NCBI GenBank assembly: GCA_963850465.1
Contig: CAWKLN010000042.1
Location: 45,856 to 109,855 of the forward strand
Origin: an uncultured delta proteobacterium
GTDB lineage: Bacteria; Desulfobacterota; Desulfobacteria; Desulfobacterales; UBA5852
Direction of reading: 5' to 3'
Length of the DNA stretch: 64,000 bases
Under the pieces are notes generated by a model that saw only the letters and a program-made list of their open reading frames with translations, was not told the origin of the DNA and ran no database searches. How positions within the stretch are numbered: the stretch's first letter is position 1; each line of letters opens with the position of its first letter. The position numbers and the translations under genes are program-made. Shown here piece by piece: positions 1-9,920 of this stretch.

Positions 1-219
1 CGGTTGCCCGCCGGCGGGGGTCATGCGGCGGACCACAAGGTCCGGCCCCTGGGCCAACAGGCGGTTGGTTGTGGCCGTCAGGGCCTGGGACAGCAGCAGG
101 CCGGTGGCCATCATGGTTGTCAGCAACCCCATGGAAAGCGCGATGAGCAGGGTGGCGCCGGGATGGCTCAGGAGCTCGCGTCCCGCCCAGAGAACCTGTG
201 CGCACCGGTTAGAGCTCAT
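1..219 (-). CDS. ABC transporter permease (FtsX/LolE-like), 5' part only, runs off the window edge
   Basis: Not in the ORF track. Manual translation from ATG at 219 gives MSSNRCAQVLWAGRELLSHPGATLLIALSMGLLTTMMATGLLLSQALTATTNRLLAQGPDLVVRR..., i.e. an N-terminal TM helix followed by a PDLVV segment. ATGA overlap with the upstream ORF stop. Confidence 0.6.
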   Translation of the reverse strand, partial: MSSNRCAQVLWAGRELLSHPGATLLIALSMGLLTTMMATGLLLSQALTATTNRLLAQGPDLVVRRMTPAGGQP

Positions 220-617
220 GGTGCTGCCGCCTGCGGCGTGGCGAGTTGTTCTTCATCCAGCAGCGGAATCAATCCCGGGTCCTGTTTCGGCAGAATCGGC
301 AGATAGCGCCAGTCGACCGGGGTCGGAAGCGGGTCCGGGCGGCGCGCCTGTCGTCCGGAGGGTGCCAGGGCCAGTTCATAAAGCCCGATGGCGTCAAAAA
401 GTGCCGCATCGCTTTGTCGTGACGGAAGGCCCCGGCGCGCATCGACCGTGAGGGTCAGCAGACTCGCCGCCACCAAGGCCAGGGCGGCGCCGACCAGCCA
501 ACCGGCCGGCACCAGTCGGTCAAGGGACTGGTGGTGCGGTTTGGCCGGGCGCGATGGATCCGGCAACGGGTCAGCGGTTGGGTGGTTGTTTGCCGGTGAG
601 TGTTTCCCAGTTGGCAT
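216..617 (-). CDS. Hypothetical membrane-anchored protein
   Basis: 133-aa ORF with one hydrophobic segment (GWLVGAALALVAASLLTLTV); coupled to the permease. Start uncertain. Confidence 0.5.
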   Translation of the reverse strand: MPTGKHSPANNHPTADPLPDPSRPAKPHHQSLDRLVPAGWLVGAALALVAASLLTLTVDARRGLPSRQSDAALFDAIGLYELALAPSGRQARRPDPLPTPVDWRYLPILPKQDPGLIPLLDEEQLATPQAAAP

Positions 618-1159
618 CGTTTAATTCATCCAGACGAAAAACGTGTTTGGCCCCGTGGCGCCGGCGAAAGGCTTCCAGGTGCGTCGTATCCTTCAGGGGA
701 ACTAACGCGGGGCCCATCGGTCCGACGACATCCGACCCGGATACCCAGAAGACAAGACGGGCATCCAGGGGCTGCCCGCTCAGGTATTCCAGATACGATG
801 GGGCGCTTCAGCTGCGCGGTCGCCACTCCGAGAAAAATATCGGGGTGCTGCCAGGCATTCAACATGCAGCCCGGCGAGCAGAAATAGTAGGTGCGGGCGT
901 CCTGGAGCTCAATGGCGGCGGCAAAACGGGGGTAGCGAAGCGGCAGCATGGCGCACACGGGGCAGCGGTCTTCGGCGCCGATGTGCATTGCCCCTTCCGG
1001 GCTGAGCGCTTCCCGCCCGGGCACGGGACCTCCCGCAATCGATCCCCCGGGAATCCCGACCGTCATAGCCACCCATAGTAATCCGAAAAAAAATCCTGAG
1101 CAAGTGACGGGCAAGTGCTTTTTTTGCCGTGATTTTTTTTTACCGGGGAGATGACGCAT
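571..1159 (-). CDS. nosL: NosL-family copper-chaperone-like protein (frameshift near 793)
   Basis: CPVCAM and YYFCSPGCM in the 626..1159 frame. After a one-base shift the frame continues LEYLSGQPLDARLVFWVSGSDVVGPMGPALVP...PPNR* (stop 571-573), containing the NosL GSDVxGPMG motif. Confidence 0.75.
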
Positions 1160-1406
1160 GGGTTTCTCAATTGTTGTGTCAGGGGCAATCTTTCGGCCGG
1201 CACAGGTTGCTTCAGGGTGCAGGCAACATCACGCGATGGTTGCTTTTACCAGCGGTGTCTGTTGGAACGCATTGCTAAACCTTCTCCTGCAGGCATGGAA
1301 GTAAATGCGGCGGGAACCCGGGGTTTCCACCGACGGCGGAAGATGTTATCAGTCTGGACGAACCGCATCTCCCTGTCAATAGGGATGACCATCCGGAAGG
1401 TGCGTT

Positions 1407-2096
1407 GTGAATTTTTGGGACGGATATGCCATGTTTCTCATAGGTTTTCTGGGCACAGGCCATTGCCTGGGCATGTGCGGGCCCCTGGTGTTCGCGTTCC
1501 CCGGCCAGGTGGGCGGGATGAAGGCCCACGGCGCCTACCACGCCGGCCGTGTTCTGACGTATACCCTGGTGGGCTTTATCATGGGCGGCATGGGCTGGGC
1601 GGTCGTTCGCCTCGCCGGTCAGGCGGAGGTCAATCCCCTGGAATGGATGGCGGGCGTGCAATCCGGACTGGCCCTGGTGGCGGGCCTGTTCATGCTGGGG
1701 TTTGGAGTGTCGCGGGTCGGGCTGATCCCGGAGCCGGCCTGGATGGCAACGGCCACGCTGACGCGCATTCCGGGGGTGCGGCACCTTTTGCGTCGGTCGG
1801 ATCGCCCGGCGCCGGGAACACGTCTGTTTGCAACCGGCCTGGTCATGGGGATGCTGCCCTGCGGCCTTTCTTTCGGGGCGTTTGCCCGCGCCCTGGCGAC
1901 GGCCTCTCCCATGGAGGGCGCGGGTTTGACGATGGCTTTCGGACTGGGCACGCTCCCGGGGCTGCTCCTGCTGGGGACGGGGCTCGCGGTGTTGGCGCGT
2001 CGCTACCGGCGACACTCGGATCTGTTGGCCGGGCTGGTCATGATAGCCCTGGCCGGCCGTTTGCTGGTGGATGGTGTGATGGCCCTCTGGCCCTAA
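1407..2096 (+). CDS. DsbD_2 / TauE-SafE-like membrane protein
   Basis: GHCLGMCGP and GMLPCGL motifs, about six TM segments, C-terminal MAFGLGTLP. Confidence 0.8.
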   Translation: MNFWDGYAMFLIGFLGTGHCLGMCGPLVFAFPGQVGGMKAHGAYHAGRVLTYTLVGFIMGGMGWAVVRLAGQAEVNPLEWMAGVQSGLALVAGLFMLGFGVSRVGLIPEPAWMATATLTRIPGVRHLLRRSDRPAPGTRLFATGLVMGMLPCGLSFGAFARALATASPMEGAGLTMAFGLGTLPGLLLLGTGLAVLARRYRRHSDLLAGLVMIALAGRLLVDGVMALWP

Positions 2097-2186
2097 CCGC
2101 TGTGATGAAATGCTGGCGCAAAGACGCCAGCTTTGCTATAGGCCCTGAGGCGTTCCGGAAAATACGACGTTGATCGATAATAACGG

Positions 2187-3014
2187 TTGGAGATAGTGGT
2201 TATGGAATGGAAGACCCCCCGGTGGTTTGGCGCTAATGACCGCCTCGCGCAATTGGATGATCATGTCGACCGCACGGACGTGGCGCATTTCGGTTATCGT
2301 AGGATGCCGACGACTGAAAAAGTGGATTGGGTGCGTCGGCACTTCAACCGCGTGGCGCCGAAATACGATCTCATGAATACGATTCTCAGTTTCGGGATCC
2401 AGTACGCCTGGAAACGCACGGCCATTCGCATGATGGGGCTGTCACCTGGCAACCGGGTACTGGACGTCTGCGGGGGCACGGCCGATCTCTCCCTCATGGC
2501 TGCCCAACGAACCGGTGCGGGGGGCCTGTGCGTGGTTTACGATATCAACCGGGCCATGCTGCAGGCGGGGCAGCCCAAGGTCAAAAAAGCATCATGCCGT
2601 GAGCGGATTCAATTCGTCCAGGGCGATGCCGAAAACATCCCCTATCCGGACCAGGCCTTCGATGCGGCCATGGTGGGGTTCGGTATCCGCAACGTCACCC
2701 ACATGGAGCAGGGCTTTCGGGAAATGCATCGGGTGCTGAAACCCGGGGGGCGGTTCATGTGCCTGGAATTCTCAAGACCCGTCAATCCGGTCTTTCGCTG
2801 GCTGTATGATATTTACTCTTTCTATGTCATGCCCTTCCTGGGTCAGCTGCTTGCCGGATCCGCCGAATCATATTCCTGTCTGCCGGAAACCATTCGTCTC
2901 TTTCACCTGCCGGAAGAAATCGCGGCGATTCTGACCCGGATTGGTTTCCGCCAGGTCGCATACCGGCGGTTGACCAATGGTATCGCGGTTGTGCATGTCG
3001 GCCGCAAAGAATAA
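2187..3014 (+). CDS. ubiE: Demethylmenaquinone/ubiquinone C-methyltransferase UbiE/MenG
   Basis: VAPKYDLMNTILSFG, VLDVCGGTADL, GDAENIPY, GFGIRNVT, RVLKPGG, LEFS motifs; start may be the ATG near 2202. Confidence 0.9.
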   Translation: MEIVVMEWKTPRWFGANDRLAQLDDHVDRTDVAHFGYRRMPTTEKVDWVRRHFNRVAPKYDLMNTILSFGIQYAWKRTAIRMMGLSPGNRVLDVCGGTADLSLMAAQRTGAGGLCVVYDINRAMLQAGQPKVKKASCRERIQFVQGDAENIPYPDQAFDAAMVGFGIRNVTHMEQGFREMHRVLKPGGRFMCLEFSRPVNPVFRWLYDIYSFYVMPFLGQLLAGSAESYSCLPETIRLFHLPEEIAAILTRIGFRQVAYRRLTNGIAVVHVGRKE

Positions 3015-3267
3015 GAATCGGTTTCCACGCAGCGCCTCACGTCCCCAAGCACCGTCGGCCGCAAAACGGCATTTCTGGCGCGATCATATTAACGTGTCGA
3101 TCAAGTCCCCAAGGTTGTTATTCCGGCAACGCCCGGTGTCTCCGGGGTTGCTTTAGCGGCAACAGGTTCAAGACGGGGTTGGATACCGAGCACGGTTTTT
3201 CATATGAAGACATGCCGGTATGGGCTGTGCCCGGCGCGATGCGGCGGGAGGGTTAAAAACGGCGGCT

Positions 3268-4215
3268 TTAAAATAGCAAGCGGGTCGCCACGATAACCAA
3301 AAGGGCCAGGGGGAAGTAGCTGGCGCGGTTGAAGAGTCGCATGGCATCGATTTTGTTCTGGGAATCGTAGAGCTTCCAGGCCGGCCACAGGAGCAGATAA
3401 ATGCCGGTGGCCAGGGTGAGGAGATAATAGGCCGGGCCGAAGGCCGTCTGGGAAAGAAGAAACAACACCAGGTTCGACAGCACCGCCAGAAGCAGGGTGC
3501 CCAGAATGATGTCCCGTGTGCGCTTGAGTCCCACGGTCACCGGAATCGTACGCGCGCCGAAGCGCCGGTCTTCCTCGATGTCCGTCCAGTCGTTGGGGGC
3601 ATTCTGGCCGCCGATCTCCCAGAAGAAGATCACCAGAAAGAGGGCCACCAGGAAGAACGGGGACGGTGCCGGGTCGACGGCCAAGACGGCCGCAAGGGCC
3701 CCGGCGGCTTTGACGGCGCCGCTGACGAGCGTCCGATAAGGACTCACCCGCCAGAGCAGGCAGTAGACCGCTTCCAGAAGACATCCCGCACCAAAGATGA
3801 GCAGACAAACAGGATTGAGCCAATAGGCGCCGATGGCGGCAATGAGCCCCCATCCGATCGCCCAGAAAAGGCCGGCCGGCCGGCTGATCAGCCCCTGGGC
3901 CATGGGGTGGCGCACCAGCAGGGCATCGATATCGCTGGCGTGTGCCTCGCCTTCAAATCCGCCGGCCTGCAGTTTGGCGCGGTCGGAACGGTAGCCGATG
4001 ACGTCGTTCAAGGCATAGACCGCCGTATAGCCCGCGAAAACGGTGATCAGGCCCACGGCGATGATTCCCAGGGCGGGGAATTCGCCCAGCCAGAGCAGGG
4101 CGGCCATACAGGGCGTTGTCATATCGATGATGCCGTGGGGCGTGCGGGAGAGCGCCCAAAAGAGTTTCAGTTTTTCACGGCAGCGGGCGAGGGTGGTCTG
4201 AGATGGGGTAGCCAA
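3268..4215 (-). CDS. UbiA-family prenyltransferase
   Basis: Multi-TM protein with two Asp-rich motifs (ALNDVIGYRSD and NDWTDIEEDRRFGARTIP); convergent with ubiE. Confidence 0.8.
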   Translation of the reverse strand: MATPSQTTLARCREKLKLFWALSRTPHGIIDMTTPCMAALLWLGEFPALGIIAVGLITVFAGYTAVYALNDVIGYRSDRAKLQAGGFEGEAHASDIDALLVRHPMAQGLISRPAGLFWAIGWGLIAAIGAYWLNPVCLLIFGAGCLLEAVYCLLWRVSPYRTLVSGAVKAAGALAAVLAVDPAPSPFFLVALFLVIFFWEIGGQNAPNDWTDIEEDRRFGARTIPVTVGLKRTRDIILGTLLLAVLSNLVLFLLSQTAFGPAYYLLTLATGIYLLLWPAWKLYDSQNKIDAMRLFNRASYFPLALLVIVATRLLF

Positions 4216-4395
4216 CGGTTTGTCCTGTAGCGTTGAGGTCTTTTAAATTGTTAATACACGCCGCCCGTATGGATGGTCCGGTGTGTGGCAAACGATATGG
4301 GGAAACTTTATGCATTCGATTTTATCTGATGAAGCCGATGACCAAATGCCGCCCCCCCTTAGCATGGGAAGGGCTTATCGTCAATCGGCGGGATG

Positions 4396-4907
4396 TCAGG
4401 GGAGGAAAAACGCCAGGTCTTCCGGTCGGGCAGGTCAGGGCGTATTCCAGCACCCAGGGGGCATAGCGGCCGCGGTCATAGATCTGATGCATGGCGGCTT
4501 GCACGTCCGCGTGACCGTGGTTGACCGGGGTTCAAAAGACGGGGAATCAGGAGGGCATTGACATAGGGGATGGCTTCCCGTCGGCAGAACGCAGCCCCGG
4601 ACCATCGTCAATGATGACAAACGTGCCGGTGCCATTCAAAAAGAGGTTGATGCATTCGTGTTCACCCGGATCGAGGTGCGCCGATCCGTTCCGATAGACA
4701 AGGCCGGTGAGCATCGGGGATGCAGTACCAGACGTTGTTCCTTCTGCCATTGAAGAAACGCGGACGCGCCTGGATGATCGGTCACGGTCATTTCCTGGAA
4801 AGCCGCCGGCCCGGTTCCCACCTGGTAATCTCCATCAGGGGCACCATCCAGCCCGATTTAAAGAGCAGGATGGCGGAGGACGTATCGATAAGGACGGATT
4901 TTTTCAT
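4396..4907 (-). pseudogene. Multiply frameshifted PIN-domain-like gene
   Basis: Six segments joined across about five shifts read MKKSVLIDTSSAILL...HLDPGEHECI...VIIDDG...AFCRREAIPYVNALLIP...GRYAPWVLEYA...PEDLAFFLP*. The D...E...DD spacing fits the PIN acidic residues. Confidence 0.55.
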
Positions 4908-4956
4908 GAACGCTCCGCCCACATAGCGACGTCGGATCAAGACTATCCGGGCCTGT

Positions 4957-5877
4957 TTATTGGAAGAGCGGCGTACTGATGTAGCGCTCTCCGGTGCTGG
5001 GCAGAACGACGACGATGGTTTTACCGGAGTTCTCGGGCTGTCCGGCAATCCGCAGGGCGGCCGCGACAGCCGCCCCGGAAGAAATACCACAGAGGATTCC
5101 GTCTTCTTTGGCGAGTCGGCGCGCGGTGGCAAAGGCCTCGTCATTGGACACGGTGACCACCTCGTCGATCAAAGAGGTATCGAGGATTGCGGGGACAAAA
5201 CCGGCGCCGATGCCCTGAATTTTGTGCGGCCCCGCGGTGCCGCCGGACAAAACCGGCGAGTCGGCCGGCTCGACGGCGATCGTGCGAAAGGATGCTTTGC
5301 GGGCTTTGATGCCCTGACTGACCCCGGTGATGGTGCCGCCGGTGCCCACGCCGGCCACCAGGATGTCCACCTTGCCGCCGGTATCGGACCAGATTTCTTC
5401 GGCCGTGGTTTCCCGATGAATGCGCGGGTTGGCGGGATTGGCAAACTGGTCGGGCATGAAAGCGTCCGGTGTCTTGGCCAGAATGTCCCGGGCTTCCTGG
5501 ATGGCGCCCTTCATCCCCCCGCTGCCGGGGGTCAGCACCACTTCGGCGCCCAGGTGGGTCAGCAGTTTGCGTCGTTCCACACTCATGGTATCCGGCATGG
5601 TCAGGCAAAGGCGGTAGCCCTTGGCGGCACAGATGAACGCCAGGGCGATACCCGTGTTGCCGCTGGTGGGTTCGACAATGAGACTTTCAGGACCGATGCG
5701 GCCCTCGGCTTCCGCCGCGGCAAGCATGGCGGCGCCGATACGGTCTTTAACACTTCCCAGCGGATTGAAGAATTCCAGTTTGGCATAAATAGCGGCATCG
5801 ACGCCCGCCGCCGTGCGATTGAGTTTCACCAGCGGTGTGCGGCCGATGGTATCGGCTATATGGGGGTGCATAGGCAT
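4957..5877 (-). CDS. cysK: Cysteine synthase A
   Basis: [11 protein letters not shown] (PLP lysine), [24 protein letters not shown] motifs. Confidence 0.95.
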   Translation of the reverse strand: MPMHPHIADTIGRTPLVKLNRTAAGVDAAIYAKLEFFNPLGSVKDRIGAAMLAAAEAEGRIGPESLIVEPTSGNTGIALAFICAAKGYRLCLTMPDTMSVERRKLLTHLGAEVVLTPGSGGMKGAIQEARDILAKTPDAFMPDQFANPANPRIHRETTAEEIWSDTGGKVDILVAGVGTGGTITGVSQGIKARKASFRTIAVEPADSPVLSGGTAGPHKIQGIGAGFVPAILDTSLIDEVVTVSNDEAFATARRLAKEDGILCGISSGAAVAAALRIAGQPENSGKTIVVVLPSTGERYISTPLFQ

Positions 5878-5915
5878 GGTTAAGGCTCCTTTTCTGCAGG
5901 ATGTCCAATGAATGT

Positions 5916-6866
5916 CTATTTATAAACGAGTTTGGGGGTCTCCAGCATGACGCGGGTGTTGGCCGGCACCGATGCCGTCAGCCAGACATTGCCGCCGATG
6001 GTGGTGTTGGCGCCGATGACCGTTTCTCCGCCCAGAATTGTGGCACCGGAATAGATAATGACATTGTCCTCGATGGTGGGGTGACGTTTCTTATACCGTA
6101 ATTCGGACACCATCTCACGGGGTAGTGACAGGGCGCCCAGGGTCACCCCCTGGTAGATGCGGACATCGTCACCGATTTGCGTTGTTTCACCGATGACCAC
6201 CCCCGTACCGTGATCGATCACAAAGCGCTTACCAATTTGGGCGCCGGGGTGGATGTCGATGCCGGTATGGCTGTGGGCATACTCGGTCATGATGCGCGGC
6301 AGCAGCGGAACGTCCAGTTCATGGAGTCGATGGGCCAGCCGATAGACCGTGAGGGCATACATGCCCGGATAGCTGAAAATGATCTCGTCATGGCTTTTGG
6401 CGGCCGGATCGCCGTCATAGGCGGCCTCTACATCGGCGGCCAGGGTTTTACGGATGGCCGGGATGGACCCCAGGACTTCCAGGGCGACTTTATAGCCCTT
6501 TTCGGTGTGTTGGGCGCAGGGTCGATTGTGACGGAAGCATTCATGGCGCACACTCAGGGAAACCTGGTGCGACAGGCTGTCAAAAAATCGCGATACGGCC
6601 TGTCCCAGACTGTAGCGCAGGTTAACGGGATCCAGCTTTTCGTTGGAAAAATAGCCGGGGAAGACGATTTCCCGGAACTGGTTGATGATGGATACGACCG
6701 ACTCACGGGAGGGGATCGGATCATATTCGACGTGCGTGTAGCATTTCACATCGTCGCAAATGTGGATGATGTCTTCGGCGATCGCTGGAATTTTTTCACG
6801 GTATGCGGAAAGCAATCCCGTTTCCCGGGTGCAAACCGATTTTCTGTCGAGGGGTTCGTCTGTCAT
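5916..6866 (-). CDS. cysE: Serine O-acetyltransferase (long N-terminal, EpsC type)
   Basis: [31 protein letters not shown] hexapeptide region; directly upstream of cysK. Confidence 0.92.
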   Translation of the reverse strand: MTDEPLDRKSVCTRETGLLSAYREKIPAIAEDIIHICDDVKCYTHVEYDPIPSRESVVSIINQFREIVFPGYFSNEKLDPVNLRYSLGQAVSRFFDSLSHQVSLSVRHECFRHNRPCAQHTEKGYKVALEVLGSIPAIRKTLAADVEAAYDGDPAAKSHDEIIFSYPGMYALTVYRLAHRLHELDVPLLPRIMTEYAHSHTGIDIHPGAQIGKRFVIDHGTGVVIGETTQIGDDVRIYQGVTLGALSLPREMVSELRYKKRHPTIEDNVIIYSGATILGGETVIGANTTIGGNVWLTASVPANTRVMLETPKLVYK

Positions 6867-6937
6867 GGCGTGCGTATCCTTAGCCGTGTCGGTGTTTAAG
6901 GCGGATGGGAGCCTGCTTTATTTGGCGTATATCAGGC

Positions 6938-6965
6938 AGTATAGGGGTTAGAGGCTGATTGTCAA
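6938..6965 (-). promoter_or_regulatory. Putative sigma-70 promoter for cysE-cysK
   Basis: Minus strand TTGACA-N16-TATACT, about 70 nt upstream of the cysE start. Confidence 0.5.
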
Positions 6966-7095
6966 ACGACGGCGGGCGCTGTGGCGAAACATTTTACTAA
7001 GAAAGTCAGGGGCATGCCCGCCGGTTCCTGCCGGTGCCGAAAAACAGTGGCGCCGGCCGATCAGGGCGCCAAGGACCATCGCGGGATGATCGCGG

Positions 7096-8463
7096 TTAAA
7101 GGTCCTGCTGCAGATCAATACCGTGCTTTTTGATCCGTTTCCAGACCGTGACGCGACTGACACCCAAACGTCGGGCTGTTTCGGATTGGTTGCCGCCGGC
7201 CAGGCGCAGGGCATTCAATAGCGCTTCGCGCTCCGGGTCAGCGGCGCCATCATGGGGTTGCGCCGACCGTGGGGCCATTGCTTCGCCGCGCGTGATGCGA
7301 TGCGGCAGATGTTCCGGCCCGATCCAGCCGCCGGGGCACAGGACGAAGGCGTACTCGATGGTGTTGCGCAGCTCGCGGACATTGCCGGGCCAGTGATAGT
7401 GCAACAAGGCGTCCATCGCCTCGGGGGATAGTCCGTCGATGGTTTTGCCGCTGCGCTGATTATTCTGTCGGACGAATTCCTGCACCAGCGTGGGGATATC
7501 TTCCATGCGGGCCAGCAGGGCGGGCATGATCAAGGGGAAGACATTGATCCGGAAATAGAGGTCTTCGCGAAACCGGCCTTCGGCGACGCTTTGCTCCAGA
7601 TTCTTGTTGGTGGCGGATACGATGCGGACATCGACCGCAATGGGGTGGTGATCGCCCACCCGTTCGATCTCTTTTTCCTCCAGCACCCGCAGGAGTTTGA
7701 CCTGGGTGGAGAGGGGGATATCGCCGATTTCGTCCAGAAAAATGGTGCCGTTGTGCGCCGCTTCAAAACGTCCGATGCGGGCCCGATCGGCGCCGGTATA
7801 GGCGCCTTTGACATGTCCGAAAAGCTCGCTTTCCAGAAGGTTTTCATTCAAGGCCGCACAGTTGACTTTGATAAACGGCTTGTTTTTGCGGGGCCCGGCC
7901 TCGTGCACGGCACGGGCCGCGAGCTCTTTGCCGGTGCCACTGGGCCCGTGGATCAGCACCGGGGCATCGCTTTGGGAAACACTATCGATGAGTTCGAACA
8001 TGCGCTGCATGGTGGGCGCGTGACCGATAATGCCGTGGAATCCGTCGTCCAGGTGGCAGGTCTGACGGAGCGCGATAATTTCCTGCTGCTGGCGGACAAT
8101 TTCAGAGATGTCCGTCAGGGTTTCGATGGCACCGACGACGTTGCCATGGTCATCCTTGAGCACCGAGGCATTTTTCATGACGAACAGGGCCCGGCCGGTT
8201 TTATCGGTGATGGTGCATTTCTTGGCCCGGATGCGATTGCGGACATAGAGGCTGCACCATTCTTTGCCGGCGCCCAGGCCATAAATCTGGCACCCTGAAC
8301 AGTTCAGCACGCGGCAGTTCTGACCCACCAATTCCTCCGCCGAATAACCGGTCAGTTTCTCGGCGGCCGGGTTCATGTTCAGGATCTTTCCGCGGGCGTC
8401 CACGACCAGAAGACCGTCATGCAGGGTATTGACGATGGTTTCCCAGAAGCTTGCGATATCCAT
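7096..8463 (-). CDS. Sigma-54-dependent activator (PAS-AAA+-Fis HTH)
   Basis: PAS with Cys cluster, GPSGTGKE Walker A, ESELFGHVKGAYTGA, FLDEIG, WPGNVREL, C-terminal HTH. Confidence 0.93.
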   Translation of the reverse strand: MDIASFWETIVNTLHDGLLVVDARGKILNMNPAAEKLTGYSAEELVGQNCRVLNCSGCQIYGLGAGKEWCSLYVRNRIRAKKCTITDKTGRALFVMKNASVLKDDHGNVVGAIETLTDISEIVRQQQEIIALRQTCHLDDGFHGIIGHAPTMQRMFELIDSVSQSDAPVLIHGPSGTGKELAARAVHEAGPRKNKPFIKVNCAALNENLLESELFGHVKGAYTGADRARIGRFEAAHNGTIFLDEIGDIPLSTQVKLLRVLEEKEIERVGDHHPIAVDVRIVSATNKNLEQSVAEGRFREDLYFRINVFPLIMPALLARMEDIPTLVQEFVRQNNQRSGKTIDGLSPEAMDALLHYHWPGNVRELRNTIEYAFVLCPGGWIGPEHLPHRITRGEAMAPRSAQPHDGAADPEREALLNALRLAGGNQSETARRLGVSRVTVWKRIKKHGIDLQQDL

Positions 8464-8486
8464 CAGGATGCTCCGTTGATGTCAAT

Positions 8487-8521
8487 CTGTTAACTTAACA
8501 GGTGTTAACATAATATTAACA
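8487..8521. promoter_or_regulatory. Palindromic operator/UAS candidates
   Basis: CTGTTAA-C-TTAACAG (8487-8501) and TGTTAA-N7-TTAACA (8503-8521), between the activator gene and a sigma-54 promoter about 180 nt away. Confidence 0.55.
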
Positions 8522-8695
8522 AGGCCGTTTGGCAAGAGGGTGTCAAGGTGGCGGCCGTCGTTTTGGCGCCCAACAATGGCGACATCGGGAAACCTATAGT
8601 AAAAGCTTTGATTTTAATAGGTTATGTTTTCAAATGAAGGTAAGTCGATATGGGTGTTCTCTCTTGAATCGCGATCTTCTTTCTATTTTCTGCTC

Positions 8696-8711
8696 TGGCA
8701 TCATCGTTGCA
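8696..8711 (+). promoter_or_regulatory. Sigma-54 (-24/-12) promoter
   Basis: TGGCATCATCGTTGCA; GG at 8697-8698 and GC at 8709-8710 with exact spacing; divergent from an activator gene. Confidence 0.75.
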
Positions 8712-8766
8712 GATTATCTTTTAACCGCAGATCGGCCGTTTTTTGGCAGCAAGATACCTTTCGGTG

Positions 8767-8976
8767 CACAGGGTGGCGCCCAAGACAATGTGGTGGCCGG
8801 CATCGAATGCCACCGCAGACGGGCGCCTGGCGGCCTTGAAAACGTTTTATCTACCGAGTCGGGACAATTTCAAAACCATCAATGTCTTCGGGTAGATTCC
8901 GGTTCTGGGCACGCCGGTGGCCGCTACCTTTCACGGCCTGGGACGCGCTATTTCCAGCAGCCGCAAGGAGGGCTGA
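8767..8976 (+). pseudogene. 3' remnant of an octaheme c-type cytochrome (tetrathionate reductase/OTR family)
   Basis: Across two shifts reads HRVAPK-DNVVAGIECH-ADGRLAALKTFYLPSRDNFKTINVFG*IPVLGTPVAATFHGLGRAISSSRKEG*. This matches the OTR C-terminus (HMVAPK..CxxCH..GRL..FY.P.RD..TM..HG..R). The last CxxCH is degraded to GIECH and there is a TAG at 8893-8895. Confidence 0.65.
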
Positions 8977-8979
8977 AAG

Positions 8980-9813
8980 ATGACAGGCAAAAAAATGATC
9001 AATACCTATCTCTACACCCGTTATGAACGTTTCTGGCACTGGCTGCAGACGGCGCTGATCTCCATTTTGCTGGTGACCGGTTTCGAGGTGGACGGCCTCT
9101 ACACCTTGCTGGGGTACAAAACGGCGGTCGAGGTTCACAATTTTGTGGGGCTGGGCTGGCTGATCGCCTTTGCTTTTTTTGTTTTCTGGCTTCTGACGAC
9201 CGGCGAATGGAAGCAGTATGTGCCCACCACCAAAAAAATGTTCACGGTGATCCACTATTACATGCTCGGCATTTTTCGCGGCGACCCGCACCCGGTGCCC
9301 AAACGCAAGGATGCCAAACACAACCCCCTGCAGCGCATCGCCTACCTGTCCGTGGCCATGTTCCTGCTGCCGCTCCAGATGATTTCGGGTTTTCTCTATT
9401 GGAGCTACAACTCCTGGGCGGCCTGGGGACTGGACTGGTTGAGTCTGCCGGTGGTCGCCGCAATTCACATCCTGGGTGCTTTCGGCGTGCTGAGTTTTCT
9501 GGTCGGCCATATCTATATGACCACCACGGGCCACACCCTGTTCGCCCATATCCGGGCCATGATCACCGGCTGGGAGGAAATCCCCGAGGGGGTCGAGCTG
9601 GAAGACTGGGAAAAACGCCGGCGCCAAGGCCGCCAGGCCGCTGAAAGCGAGCCCCTTTGGCCTGATCCCGCCAAGAGCCTTCAACCCCGACAGGCCGTGT
9701 CGACCTCGGTCGGCACGGCCTTGTTTTACCGCGCAGTTCAATCTCCCCAAGTCGTCCCGGCAGGTTCCGCCGTCCCATCGTTTTCCCTGTTTGTAGGGGA
9801 AAACGCCTGTTGA
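8980..9813 (+). CDS. Cytochrome b/b6-domain membrane subunit (PhsC/YdhU-like)
   Basis: YERFWHWLQ, EVHNFVG, KHNPLQRIAY, AIHILG, GHIYMTTTG heme-His motifs. The true end is probably near 9644 (slip in the A-run at about 9611); the tail of the ORF looks non-coding. Confidence 0.85.
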   Translation: MTGKKMINTYLYTRYERFWHWLQTALISILLVTGFEVDGLYTLLGYKTAVEVHNFVGLGWLIAFAFFVFWLLTTGEWKQYVPTTKKMFTVIHYYMLGIFRGDPHPVPKRKDAKHNPLQRIAYLSVAMFLLPLQMISGFLYWSYNSWAAWGLDWLSLPVVAAIHILGAFGVLSFLVGHIYMTTTGHTLFAHIRAMITGWEEIPEGVELEDWEKRRRQGRQAAESEPLWPDPAKSLQPRQAVSTSVGTALFYRAVQSPQVVPAGSAVPSFSLFVGENAC

Positions 9814-9920
9814 AATCATGTTTTCTCCCTTTGCTTCCTCTTTTTGATGCTTAGCATGTCTTGTGCGACCGTTCATTATGACGCTCCCGACAAGGGGCGA
9901 ATGTTTCTGGAGGTGATAGC

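Noticed and set aside
1183-1200. Possible sigma-54 promoter for nosL (minus strand CCGGCCGAAAGATTGC)
   Set aside because: GG-N10-GC spacing is right but the -24 context is weak and such matches arise by chance in GC-rich DNA.
8893-8895. In-frame TAG as possible pyrrolysine
   Set aside because: Aligns with an expected Trp in a gene relic that has other disabling changes.
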